Assembly: GCA_009602725.1 (NCBI GenBank)
Contig: WELB01000012.1
Span: 492,701-556,700, forward strand
Source of the DNA: Spirogloea muscicola
Lineage: Eukaryota
Direction of reading: 5' to 3'
Length of the DNA: 64,000 nucleotides
Position numbers and translations under genes: made by a program. The notes beneath the pieces are model-generated. The model saw nothing but the letters and a program-made list of their open reading frames with translations, searched no databases and had not been told where the DNA came from. Positions 24,401 through 36,959 of this stretch are shown here, one piece after another; position 1 is the first letter of the stretch; the number at the start of each line of letters is the position of its first letter.

Positions 24401-25546
24401 CAGCTTCTTGCTCACATCCATCACGCTCACCCGCCTGCCGTTTCACCAAGAAATACGCACAGCAGGAGGCTGTCAACCACGATGCAGCAGCTGGGCGCCA
24501 GCCATGTCGACGGCGAAGACAGATAGAGGCAAGAGCGCCGACTGCGGCCATACATACCTGGCGCGCAACATGCCGCAGATACGGTCCCAGAGCGACATGA
24601 GGTCACGGCCAGTAGCATGCGGGGACCCGCGCTCCCGGCCGTTGACACGCAGTAGGTGGCCAAAGCCGTTGGCATGCAGCACTCCATGCAGCAGGTGGGT
24701 GCGGCAGTCCAGCATGCTGCTGCGTACTGCCTCCGCGCCGCAGTCCTGGCACCTGCCGCATCCGCACCCCAAACCTGAGCGCGTAAGGGCCCGCCACACG
24801 GCGGCAGCAGCAGTTGCTGCGCCAGGGAGGGCGCAGCAGCAGCTCTCGCAAGGTGGAGAGAAGACAGAGGAAGGAGAGAAGCGGCTGGGACAGAGGGAGG
24901 GAGCACCTCTTTAAGGTGGGGCCGAGAACGAGAGCACAGTTGGGGCAGACGCGCCGGCCCTTGCCAATGGCACCGCCTTCGTCCTCCTCCAGCGGCAGTA
25001 CGACGTGGTACCGCCGCGCCGACACCGGGTGGTGGCTCCATCCTGCGCGTGCTCGGCCATGGACAAGCCCCAGCCGCACATAAGCAAGCGCAGCTCGCAG
25101 CTGCCAAGACGGCGTCACAACTTGGTAAAGCGGCGCAAATAAACGCCGTTGCTATGTTCCAGCCACCGCACCCCCGCCCTCCGCGGACAGGCTCTTGCTC
25201 GAGCAGCCAGAGTCGGCGCCCTGACTGGCCCCCGTGGTTGCCAACATGCTTGCGGCGGGCTCCACTGGGGCCAAGAACTGCCGCTGATCCGCTGGGCGAG
25301 GGCGTCGGGAGAGGGCGCGCAGGCAGGGGAGGGCGTACCGACGACCCGGCAGTGGTCGCAGTGGAGGCGGCGCGTCTGCAGCACGCTCTCCTCCAGAATG
25401 CGCAGGTCGAGGCGGTTGCCGGCGCCGTCGTCGAGCGGCAGCGACCAGGCGAGGACGCCGGGGAGGGAGCAGGGGACGGCCTCGGCGAAGTCGTGGAGGA
25501 GGGCGCGGACGTTGGTGCGGAAGGGGCCGTCGTAGTCGGCGGGGCA
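21491..25546 (-). CDS. PHD finger protein of the MS1/MMD1(DUET)/At1g33420 family, 8 visible exons, 5' end in gap
   Basis: GPFRTNVRALL, CDHCRVVGWSHHPVSARRYH, THLLHGVLHANGFGHLLRVNGRERGS, SVMDVSKK, WYGRWGYVFGHGSFG, IGDTGLLDYVLK, PPPELVLLP. C-terminal PHD VDCVC...DDDGERMVSCDVCEVWQHTRC...CRSC. Confidence 0.93.
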
Positions 25547-25923
25547 NNNNNNNNNNNNNNNNNNNNNNNNNNNNNNNNNNNNNNNNNNNNNNNNNNNNNN
25601 NNNNNNNNNNNNNNNNNNNNNNNNNNNNNNNNNNNNNNNNNNNNNNNNNNNNNNNNNNNNNNNNNNNNNNNNNNNNNNNNNNNNNNNNNNNNNNNNNNNN
25701 NNNNNNNNNNNNNNNNNNNNNNNNNNNNNNNNNNNNNNNNNNNNNNNNNNNNNNNNNNNNNNNNNNNNNNNNNNNNNNNNNNNNNNNNNNNNNNNNNNNN
25801 NNNNNNNNNNNNNNNNNNNNNNNNNNNNNNNNNNNNNNNNNNNNNNNNNNNNNNNNNNNNNNNNNNNNNNNNNNNNNNNNNNNNNNNNNNNNNNNNNNNN
25901 NNNNNNNNNNNNNNNNNNNNNNN
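25547..25923. other. Assembly gap (N run)
   Basis: Run of n; the right flank is homopolymer-rich and may be low quality. Confidence 1.
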
Positions 25924-26479
25924 GGGCCCGAGAAGAATCCCCGACTGCCCGGAGAGAGGGGGGGGGGGAGGGAGGGCCCCCGGTTAGCCGTTGCGGGCGG
26001 GGGGCCCCCGGAGCGAGGCGCCCGGTAACGGGACCGTCTGGCGGCGGGGAGGGGGGTTGGGCCCCCGCCGCGGGCCAACGGGTCAACCGGGGGCGCGCGC
26101 CACGTGCCGTCGGCAGAAAGGGACTCCGAGGACGGGACCCCCCCCCCCGCGGGGGGACCTCCCTCCCTCCCCGCGGGACGTTCGTAGCGTTACTGGCTCC
26201 CTCCCCGATCCGGCGCGGGCTCCCCCCCGGAGGGTCGTTGCCCTCCCTCCTCCCCCGTCCGACGGGCGCGGCCCTCACGTGCGCCACCCTGGCCTCCCCC
26301 CCCCCACGATGGCGGGGGGCCAAACCACCCCCCCGTCCCGGGGTTTCTGCGGGGTTTCTCTACGGGGTTTCATCACTGTTTCTGGGCTGGCCAAAGTTAT
26401 AGAGAGGGAGGCTCTTCCAGTCTTCCAGTCCCCAATCGCCAGGCTTCAATGCTGCCGGCCCCCTCGCTCAGGTCTTTCG

Positions 26480-27950
26480 AATGCGACTGGCGGTCTCGCT
26501 CCAGCGCTGTCAGGCTCGTGCGGTCCACACGCGCGCTGGCCGCGCTATGGCTGCTGCCTCAGGGTCTCGGCAGAGTGCCGCTTTTCCTGCTTCGAGTTAA
26601 TCTGATTTGCTGCTGCTCACTCGTGGTTACTGAGCATCCATGTGCATTATTTCGTGTCTTGGTGTGTAGTTTTGTTTGTCCTGGCACTGTTTTGTGGCCT
26701 TTTGAGGCCTGCGGACAATGTCCATTCTTTTCTGGGCTGGCTTTGCTAGCCCCTTTTTCTATGGGCGAGCCCTTCCCCTTCAGCTAGTCTGTCGGATGTG
26801 AGGCTCCTCACTCGTAACTACTAAGTGGTCCATCCTCCCCCGTTCTGCCATAGCCTCTTCAGCCCCCATTGGGAGAGCCACTTCTTCTTCTTCTTCTTCA
26901 GGCCCCGCAGTCGCTGCTTAGCTCGTAGTTTGGCCCCTTCGAACCTTGTCAATTCTTTTCGGGCTGGCTTCTCACAGCCCTTGCCCCCATTGGGAGAGCC
27001 ACTTCTTCTTCTATCCTCGTGGCTCGACCTGCTGGCCAGGCTTGCGCGGCGCGCTGTGTCCCACAGGCGCGGTGAGCCGGCTGATTTCAACGCCGCTGGC
27101 TCGTGGGCCCAGGTATATCGTATGCGATTGTCAGTCTCCCTTCAGCTGTCCATGGCCCACGCCTTGCATCTGCGTGCTGGCCGTGCTCTCGCTGCGGCCT
27201 CCGGCTTTCAGCAGGGGGATACTTTTCTGGCAGCTAGTCTGTCGGATTTGAGGCTCCTCACTCGTAAGTACTGAGTGGTCCATCATCCCCCGGTCTGACA
27301 TAGCATCTTCGGGCCGCTCCGCAGCTGCTTAGCGCTCTTTAGGCCCCTCCGTCATTTGGCCCCTTCGACTCTTTGTCAACTCTTTTCGGGCTGGCTTTTC
27401 ACAGCCCTTGCCCCCATTAGGAGTGCCACTTCTTCTTCTATCCTCAATGAGCGAGCCCTTGTTCTTCTTCCAGTCGCGGGCGACGGCTGTGGTTGGCCAG
27501 CCCAGCAAAGTGGTGAACGAATTAATGTCAGCCATCGCCCTCTACTGGATGAAGGGCTCGCTCATTGAGGATAGGGGCTGGAAAGCCAGCCCAAAAAAGA
27601 ATGAAGAAAGGACGAGAAGGGGCCAGGGGAAGTTCGAAGAACAACAAGCACAACGAAGAAACGAAGCAGCTACGAAGCCCTCAGTAACCCCTGCTAAGCA
27701 GCGTCAGGTCAGAGAGACTGGGGTACTGGAAGAGTCTTCCTTTCTTTCTTACGCGGAACCCACCTCCCTTCTCGCCCTGCGCCGGTCCCCACGCCCTCCC
27801 GCTGCCCAACCCGCGTGGAGGACGGCGAGCCCGCGCCCTGCGCGCCGCCCCCCGTGCCCGGCGGCGCCTCCACTCACCATCACCTCGTATACCTTGGGGC
27901 TGCCTCTCACAGCCACTGCCTTACTTTGGAAGAGCTGTTTCTTCAGGCCA
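26480..27950. mobile_element. Pile of at least six nested or tandem CRE-like 3' ends upstream of the PHD gene
   Basis: Copies at ~26480-26780 (+), 26782-27008 (+), a mini-insert at 26863-26894, 27019-27432 (+, TSD TTCTTCTATCCTC at 27006-27018 and 27433-27445) and 27550-27723 (-, TSD TACTGGA at 27543-27549 and 27724-27730). Confidence 0.85.
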
Positions 27951-29087
27951 GTCCTGTCTTGCCCCAGCCTCATCTCGCCCCTCGCTTCTTCACAGTCTCT
28001 TCGCTCCGTTGGCTGGCCGCGCTATCTCTCTGCCCTCTTTGGTGCAGCACATGTCTCTGTGCTCCCCTGTTAGCTCCCTCTGAGAACACCGCATTGCCTC
28101 GGCCTCTGTGAATGCTACTCGCTTCTTCCAACAACAGCTTGCTCGGCAATGAGCAACGTGTAGTGGTCTAGTCTGCCGCTGCAGCTTCTGCTTTCTTCCA
28201 ATCTTCTGCTTCCCCACGGTCCTAAGTCGCGCAGTTGCTGCAGGGCAGCTTCATCTTCCCTGGAGGTCAAGCCTTGAGGGGCGGAGCACACCTGCCTAGC
28301 TATGAGCCACTTGATCAGCCAGGTTCACACTTCTTCTGGGGATCATAGCATCAACCTGACTAAAAAACCTGGCATCTAGGAGAAGGCATCCACTATGATG
28401 TCCAGGTCCTTGCCCAGAACTAATTTTAAATGTGGCATGCTGTTGTGGCTAAGTAATGTCTGCCAAGATGCATTTGATTAGTACTCCGATGAAGAGAAAC
28501 ATCACAGATGAGCATATGACGCACAAGATGGTGATACATCCCTCCTAACATCAAAGTCATGAGAGACTCATGTCCTGTACTCATGACCAGCTCCTCTCTC
28601 ATAAATGAGATGTCATCGTCTTGTCAAATTGCACGAGTTGGAAGTAATGCAAAGCCTCAGGCTCACTAGTAGTAAGAGCCGGTGTAAAGCCATGCGCATG
28701 CGTAATGGTCATCTGAAATACCTTCTAAGTATTCTCTTAGTATACTCACCGCTTGTGATAAAGTTGGTGTTGTCGTCTCTTCTTGTCGTTACTTGTCATT
28801 CACAAGCTCATTCTCGTGACTCCAGTGTCAGAGGTATTGTCGACCATGACTGTATCCAAATTTAGTCCACAATGGACATGACTGAGATGTCATGCTGCGA
28901 TTCTAGTGCTTGGGAGGAGCCATGTCGCTGTGCTAATGCTGCATGAATGAAAAGTGATATTCCTCATTGTAACATCAGAGAGCTGATGATGTGCATAGCT
29001 GCTCAATGGACCACTATCTCAAGCTTGACATTGTCATTGACAGGGCAGCAGGCAGGTGCAGATGAACAATTTGCGAAGACGACGCCA

Positions 29088-30014
29088 TCACGTGTACGGA
29101 GGTCCTGCGTAGGCTCGAGTGGCGAGATGCAAAGCAAAGAACCACGATTGCAGTAGGAAGCCGACGGCAGCAGCAAGCAACAGGTACTGCCTGGCTTCGG
29201 GTGACTGCAGCCTGTGCAGGACAGTGGCATCTCTTGCCTTGGAGCCATCTATGTTCAGCCCTACAGTCGTTACCTTCGCACACACCGGCGTATTTTCTGG
29301 TGGATTAGGCACAGGCTGAAACTCGTCAGTCGTGGAGATGGCTGTCAATGCCAGTGTATCTCGCGGCTCGTCATAGTAAGAGCCTCCAAGCAGTCCTCGC
29401 TTCTCGCTGCTCGCAGCCGCCAGGGCCAGTGCATGCTTGGAGCCGGCGCTCCTGGAGCGGAGCAGGCCGGCCGGCGGTTGCGGCGTCGGCGGTCTACCGC
29501 CAGGCGCTGCCCTCGCGCCGCCGCTGGGGCGGCTCACCGCGGGGCTTCCCAGCAGCCTTTGCTCGCAACTGCGGCGCATGATGGCGGGTCCCGGCTTGCC
29601 CGATCGGGCCTGGACGCTCAGTCGGCCGCCTTCAGCCGTGGAGGGGCCTGCAGCGGCGGCGGCGGCGGCGGCGGCGGCTGTTGCGGCGCCGGCGCTTGTC
29701 CCGCTGCAGGCGGCTGTGAAGCGGTAGCATGCGGGAGCCCAGGCTCCGTCAAATCAACCGGAAGCGGAGGGAGGGGGGGTATTAGCCCGAGGGAAGAGGC
29801 GAACAGGTAGCCAAGAAGGGCGCCCGGGGAGGGAAGGAGGCCCAAGAGGGGACTTTCGTGCATTAAAACTTGGAAGGCCGAAGTGGCCGCTGCGCCGCCT
29901 CGTCGCCAAGCCCCTCGCCGCCAGCGCCGCCGCTGCAGACGCCGCCGACGCTGGCGGCGGCCGGGCGCACGGCCGCTGACGCGCCGCCAGTGACACTGCT
30001 CGCTGCGTCGACAT
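29088..30014 (-). CDS. Hypothetical organelle-targeted protein with a C-terminal hydrophobic segment, 2 exons
   Basis: Exons 30014-29870 and 29713-29088 join in phase 1 via GT-AG. Ala/Arg/Ser-rich N-terminus MSTQRAVSLAARQ; C-terminal YLLLAAAVGFLLQSWFFALHL. No family recognised. Confidence 0.5.
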
Positions 30015-30324
30015 GAGTTGGCGATACATGATAACGTTTTGGATCCCGCGCTCAGAAATTGATTAACAGATTGCTAGTAAACAAGTCTTCTCACGGTCCA
30101 TACATATATACAAGATCCACTTTCATGGCGTGTCAGAATTTCCAGTCTTGGCCAGCCTACTGGCGGACTCCTCACAAGCCGGCACCCCAAGTCGCCCCAA
30201 GGACGCTAAGCAAGGTCGCATTTCTCTGCAGTCGAGGGCCTGACGAGCAGAAAGCGACTCGTCGTGGCCACGTTCTTCGCTCAGGCTGTTCGACGTGCAA
30301 CCAATTCATGTGGTCGCCGTAAAG

Positions 30325-33300
30325 TCAGCAGGCTGTTGTGCTCGCAGGGCCCTTGCTGTCATCCAGGCCACTCATGAGGTTTGCCAAGATGCTCTTTGCG
30401 CACTGAGGCACTGGTGTGCCTGGCCCAAATATAAACCCCACGCCATGTTGATACAGGAGTTCGTGGTCCTGTGGAGGGACAACACCACCCAGCACCACGA
30501 GCACGTCGTCCATGCCATGCTCCTTGAGGGCTTTCATCAACGGAGGGATCAGGGCTTTGTGCCCCGCTGCCTGTGACACACACCCATGAAATAGTGAACA
30601 TAATGTCATATGTAGGCCATGAGAAGCACCAAAGAACAGCACACTACAAGACTTAAGGAGGCTCACTCAAGGGCTGCTTGTGCAGTCATTGCTGACATGT
30701 GTTCAATCTGCTGAACACAAACCATGACATCACATATGTAGCAAGAAGTATGTCAGGTGCACCTGCGAGCTGATGCCAACAACGTGCACATCTGCTACCA
30801 TAGCGCTGCGGGCCACCTCTTCCGGTGTCTGGAACAAGGGCCCAATGTCAACGTCAAAGCCCATGTCAGCAAGACCCGTGGCTATTACCTGCACCAACAC
30901 AAGAGGGGCAAACTTGCCGTGAGTTAGGAGCAGAAATCATCACGTGAAGCTCACGACAGCACACTATCGGGGGGATGAAGCTGCTCAACAACAACTCACG
31001 CATACACCATATGATCTAGGAGCATCTGTCACCCATCACTCGTCCTGCCCCTCCTGAGCAAGTGAGATGCAGTGCAGTTCAACCAAGCATCAACAGAACT
31101 TCCATTAGTGGCAAATTCGCTCTCGTGCTAAATCAAAGCTTGAGACAATCCACCTTGGCTCCCCGGTCATGACCATCTTGGCCCATCTTTGCAACCAAAA
31201 TGCGAGGCCGCCTTCCAGCCTGTTCCAGGAACTTCTCCACTTCACACCTCACCTCTGCAATCTCCACTTCGCTATTGCCAAACTCACCACTGCAAAATGT
31301 GATGCCATAGCGTACATCAGACTCCAGAGTGGCTACTTAGAACTACATTTTCCACATGTAGCTTGGATACTGCAAGAAAACCCTGAGCAGTGGGTCACTA
31401 CCACAGGCTGTCCTGGTCACTGAAACACTCAAATGAAGCTTTCTTGTGACTTGAATGATTGCTGAAAGGAAATTCCTGCAAACAGGAGTTGCGTGTGCAG
31501 ACATGCCTCCTGGGCCAAGATTCACCTGTAGGATCCTGCAGCCACGTGTGTCGGCGCTTTGTGACGACCCCAGACTTTCTCCAGAGCATAAGTAATCTCG
31601 CCAACAGTGCAGCGTGCCTGGGCTGCCTCTACTGCTAAATGCAGGAGGTTTGCACCTCTCACCTCCCTCCTAGCTTCTGTTGACAAGGCCTCCATTGCTG
31701 CGTGCACCCTGCATGTTGCTAGATATGACATCAGATTCTTGTAATGTTGCAGACTGCAGAGCACAGGAAGGATACACTTTCTACAGTGATTGAGCACCCT
31801 GGACACCATGATCTTTGACCTGCTTCAGTGCTGCGTGACAGCTGGTCTTGAAGCATCTCTGGGACACCTTACAAACTGACAAGTACAGTAGGTACAGTAA
31901 AGTTGCCAGCTCTTTGGGCTTTCTTAACAGCCTCCAGGCTGCGCAGCAGACAACCTTAAGCCCTGTGCAACTTGGCTGACTGCACCATGCAAGTTTAAGC
32001 ATGACATGACAGGTCCATCTACAGTGTGAAAGTACTAACAAGTGGCTCATACAAGGACTCACTGAAACACAAACACCCACCACCCTGGAGAAGCGAATCA
32101 GCCAATCCGCTGAGGCTCTATGCCGGCCTCTGCTATCGAGAAATTATCCATCCTGGTCCCACTACTTTGGCGCTCCACTTGCATGGAGAAGTACGCATCC
32201 ACAGGTTGCTTACCGATGCTCGTCTCTAGTTGACCGCAGGAGTTCCAGCCGCTTGACTTGGGCTTGAAGGACTGACGCATTGTCTATGCTCCGAATCTCC
32301 ACACCTTCCTCCTTGTCAACCCGATACTTGTTCACGCCCACTATCACCTCTCGGCCAGAATCGAGTCTTGCCTGCAGCGAGCGCCAGCAGTTTGTGTGTT
32401 GCAGGAGCAGCTGTGACGCATCTGAGGGCACTGCCACCTGGTGCTAAGCTTCCTGCCTCTCTGACTCTTGTGGAAAAGCACGCCCTGCTCAAGCAGTCAC
32501 TGTGTCTACAAGTTCTTTGCTGTTGCCAGCTAGGGAGTGCTGCTGTGAGTGAAGGATGCCTGCTTTACATGCCTGCCAGCTCTCACCTGCTTCCTGGCTG
32601 CACACTCCTCTATTTGGAGCTTGGGCAGGCCCGAAGCGATGGCTTTTGTCATCCCTCCAGCCTCCTCCACCTCGTTCACAATTCTCAGGGCTTCTCTCTC
32701 CAAGTCTGACGTAAGGCTTTCCATCATGTATGATCCACCCCAGGGGTCTGCAACCTGGTGGTCATATTGCGCACACCAGATTAATCTCAACACGGAGATG
32801 GAAAGAGCTTCTCCAGGACTGACACACATGCTTTCATCTCATATTCTGAGTTGATCCAAGAAGCTGACCTTGTATGTATAGAAGAACGCTGATGGACATG
32901 CAGTATAGAGATAATGGCAACAAGTGTGGCGTAATGTTGCTGCAACATACACGTGTCAGACCAGCCTCATGTTGAAGTATGAGCTGGGTGTTGCGAGCAA
33001 TCCTTGCGCTCAAGTCTGATGGTAAGGCCATAGCCTTCAAGCACGTGTCAGACTGAACCCAGATTAGAGACCAGCAACTTTGTTGGCGATGCTGCAGCCG
33101 TGTGACTTCAATCAGAGATTCTAAGACTTCAAACGATGGAGACATCGAAGTTTGGTATGTGAGTCACTCCTAGAGGTCTAAGCACCACTGTCAATGCTAT
33201 TCGATAATTCCTCTCTATCCAGTGCTACCATGACATGGAGAGGCTGCACTCAATGATGGCCTTGACTAGGATGGCCTGCACAACTCTAGCCCATTAATGA

Positions 33301-36300
33301 AGACTTTGTGCATGCCTTCTGCTTACTTCGTCAAATGAGTTTGTGTGAAGAGACTGGGTGCCACCAAGCACAGCCGCCATCGCCTCCACTGTTGTCCGGA
33401 CGATGTTGTTGAAGGGATCCTGCTCTGTCAAGCTATAGCCTGAAGTCTACCACCACAGAAAACTTAAAATTCACTATCTACACTACAGTGCCGTTCACAG
33501 TACCGCAATCAAGCTCTAGGTCTCTCAAGAAGGTTCAAGTCACGCTGTATTGAAAGCGATTGCAAGGACAATAGACATAGGTGGAGGTGGGTAAGTTGAA
33601 ATATGCGGAGGCAAGGGTCACATGGAGGTCAATGCCGTACGATCACAGAACTCTCCCTGCTGCATACCTGGCAGTGTGTTCGAAGGACCATGGATTTTTC
33701 GTCCTTGGGATCAAACTTTTCCTGCTTCATTGCAAATCGATCAGCATGACGGCAGTCATTAAGTGCACAATTACCGGTTTCCATGCCAAGGGTTGGTTCG
33801 AAGTGTGAGGCGTCATCAAGCACCTTGACGAGCTTTGCCCATAAGCGCCTAGCAGCTCGCATCTTCGCAATCTACACAACACCATAACAAACGGGCCAAC
33901 ATAAGCTAAATGATCCATCACAAGGAAGTACTAAGTATCAAGCTCCAGAGGAGGTTGTTACGAAGAACACCAGAGTAGCAGCTTCATCAGTAACAACAGT
34001 CAATATCAACTTGAAGACTTAGAAGCAGACAAAGTCACTCTTACAGCAGATAGAGGAAGAACATAGAAACCAGAGAGCCAGAGCGACACTCAGCAGCCCC
34101 GAGGCATCCGATGACATGACACAAGTACGTTGGAGCGCTATTGGGGGACCTAGCAGGGCTCTCACTTCAAAGTAAAAGTCCATGCCAATGGCCCAGAAGA
34201 AGGAGAATCGAGGTGCCACTTCGTCCACGCTTAGGCCCGCTTCTTGAGCACATCGAATGTAATCCAGGCCGTCGGCAATTGTGAAGGCAAGCTCCACAGC
34301 ACTGGAGTAGCCCACAAGCAAAAGTCAGGAAGTGCAGCCAATAGCGTTAGTCGCTAGCGTGCGCATTGCACGATGGAGTGAACATCATCACTGCCAATTT
34401 GCTTGCAAGAGAAAGACATCAGTGCAGAAACTATAGCAGTGTCAAACTCACAACATGTACTCAGTGAGTCTGCTTGTATCCGTTGGTCAATGCCTACCCA
34501 CCAGTCTGCGCCGGCCTCTTGCATGTGATAACCAGAGACAGAGATGGAGTTGAAGCGAGGCATGCGCTGCGCACAGTACTGCATGATGTCGCCCACGATT
34601 CTCATGGAGGGCACGGGAGGATAAATGTACGTGTTCCGCACCATATACTCCTTGAGGATGTCATTCTGGATGGTCCCTGCGAGCTGCTCGGATTGCACCC
34701 CTGCAAAAGGATATAGCGAAAGGACTGGCTGAAAGACGTACAGATGCATATCAAGGATGCAGATGGTGGTCTTCATTGCGCAAAGAAGTATGGAAGTGAA
34801 AGTACTTTGTGCCAATTGGCCAAGCAGAGTATGTTTGAGGGCTTGGGGAAGGTGAACGCTTGTCACGGATATATGAACCTCACCCGACATGCATAATCTG
34901 GTTGTGAGGAAGCCCTTAGAACAGCAATCAACAAGGAAAGCGTTGAGCTGAGACAAGGCTCCAATAAGCGACAATATAAGTGACTTAACCAGAGCTCGGT
35001 GACATGGTCAAGGGAGGAAGGGGGGGTGTGAAACGGCAGGAGAGACACCTCACCGGCCTCCTCGGCAGCTATGATGAAGAAGGCCAGGACAGGCAGCACG
35101 GCCCCATTCATGGTCATGCTGACGCTGATATCGGCCAGTGGGATGCCATCAAACAGCACCTTCATGTCCTCCACAGAGTCGATGGCCACTCCCGCCATGC
35201 CCACATCCCCGGCAACACGGGGGTGGTCCGAGTCATACCTGGCCTTAAGGGAAGCCAAGAAAACAGACTGAGGGCCAGCCAGCAGCATTCATGTACCGCA
35301 GTGGCGCGATTGCGGAAATAGCAGCTATTAGATAGTGCTGATTGACAGTATGACAATTAATACAAGATCATCAAAGAGAGGAGTCTGCTGCGATGCCAAC
35401 CCACGGTGGGTGGCGAGGTCAAACGCGATGCTGAGGCCCTTTTGCCCTGCCGCCAAGCTCCTGCGGTAGAATGCGTTGGATTCCCCTGCAGTGCTGGATG
35501 CAGCAGGTCGAAAGAACGGCAGGTCACGTGCTGGCTGGGAAGCACAAGCTTGTCAATGAATCTGCGCAGCATGTTTGAATGCTAACCGTACAGACAAGCG
35601 TTGTAGACATCGAATCAAGCCTGTCCAGTGATATGTGCAGATTATATATCTTGAAGCTGACTCTCACACACACCGACCGCTACCGGCTCCATGTCTATGT
35701 CTAGGTATAAACACTGAGCGTACTTAAGCAATTTCCCAGTACCATATGGTACAAAGGCACACGACAGGAGCAATTGACCATTGAGTGGAGGCATCAGCGA
35801 GCATGCCTGTAGCCGGCATACTGGCGGATGGTCCATGGCCGGCCGGTGTACATGGAGGCGTACGGCCCCCGCGTGTAGGGCCACACGCCCGGCATCTCCA
35901 CAGGCGCGTCCTGCTCCCTGCTCAGCACATCGGCGGCCGTGTACACGGGCTTGATCTGGATGCCCTGCTAACAACGAGGGTCAACCACCTCCGTTTGTCA
36001 GGTACCTATAAGTGCAGCTTTCAAGTGCTGGGACGGCACCACGCTGGCGCTATCCAACGCCTGCAGTACCAGTGGAGCCCTCAGAAGGCAGCTCACGGAA
36101 TGGGACTCAAATGACCACAGAAGCCAGCTCAGGGAATGGGACTCGAAGCTCGATGCGGAAGCCATGGCATGGGGGCTGAGAGCAAGCAGGCCGTTCGCGC
36201 CGCCGCCAGTCAGAGGGTTGGCTGTGCCGTCGGCGCACACGACCTCGGGAGAAGTGGCCGCGAGCTTGTCCCAAGGGTCGGCGCCCTTGACCTCCCGCCG

Positions 36301-36703
36301 GGCCCGATCCTCCCACTGCTGCAGCGCGGCGCTGGCAGCGGCCGGGGAAGGCTGCGGCGCCGATGGCGGCTCTCCGCGTCCCGCGAAGGTTTGAGTAGGC
36401 CGCCAATGGCCGGCCAAGCTGCCGGCACAGCAGGCGCGGACCTGCACAGGAGCCTCGCCCGCTGTCAGGCCTGGCAGTGGCCGCCGGCGTGGCGGAGGGC
36501 CGCCAGGCCGCCAAAGTCCTGCTTGCCAGCTTTGAGTCTACGACCATGGCGGCCAGCCAACGCCGCCGCCGCCAGCGCAGCCGCTTCGCAGCGTGGGATC
36601 CGAGCGTGAGCTCCATCTGGTCCAGTCTCAGCACGGCGCACACCATTGCCTCGACGGCGGCGGCGGCGCGGCGCCCGCCGTGGGGCCGGTGGAGGGCGGC
36701 CAT
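30325..36703 (-). CDS. MUT: Adenosylcobalamin-dependent methylmalonyl-CoA mutase, multi-exon, start codon uncertain (36703 or 36616)
   Basis: [112 protein letters not shown]12-binding [16 protein letters not shown] and GGVVPPQD. Confidence 0.96.
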
Positions 36704-36807
36704 GCCCGCCGCCCCGTAAGCGAGTCCAAGTTCTGACGGCGGCGGCAGTGGCGGCGGCGGCGGCAGTGGCGGCAGGATGAGACACCCGAGCCCCGGAGAA
36801 TGCAACC

Positions 36808-36832
36808 AAACCCTAAAGTTGCGGAACCCTAA
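36808..36832 (+). promoter_or_regulatory. Telo-box-like motifs in the MUT/der divergent promoter
   Basis: AAACCCTAA at 36808-36816 and AACCCTAA at 36825-36832, about 130-150 bp upstream of the der ATG. Confidence 0.5.
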
Positions 36833-36959
36833 GCTCCAAGACCCTCCGTCGCTGCCGCCGCCNCCGCCGGCGCCGCGCCCGTCAGCGCCTCCCGGTGCGC
36901 GGCGCCGGGCCGAGGCGGACGGCCAGCGCGGACGTCATGGCTGGGGCCTCCATGCCGGA

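Noticed and set aside
17604..26323. Long ORFs spanning N gaps and Ala/Arg/Gly-rich antisense ORFs
   Set aside because: Artefacts of N runs and of high GC on the opposite strand of real exons.
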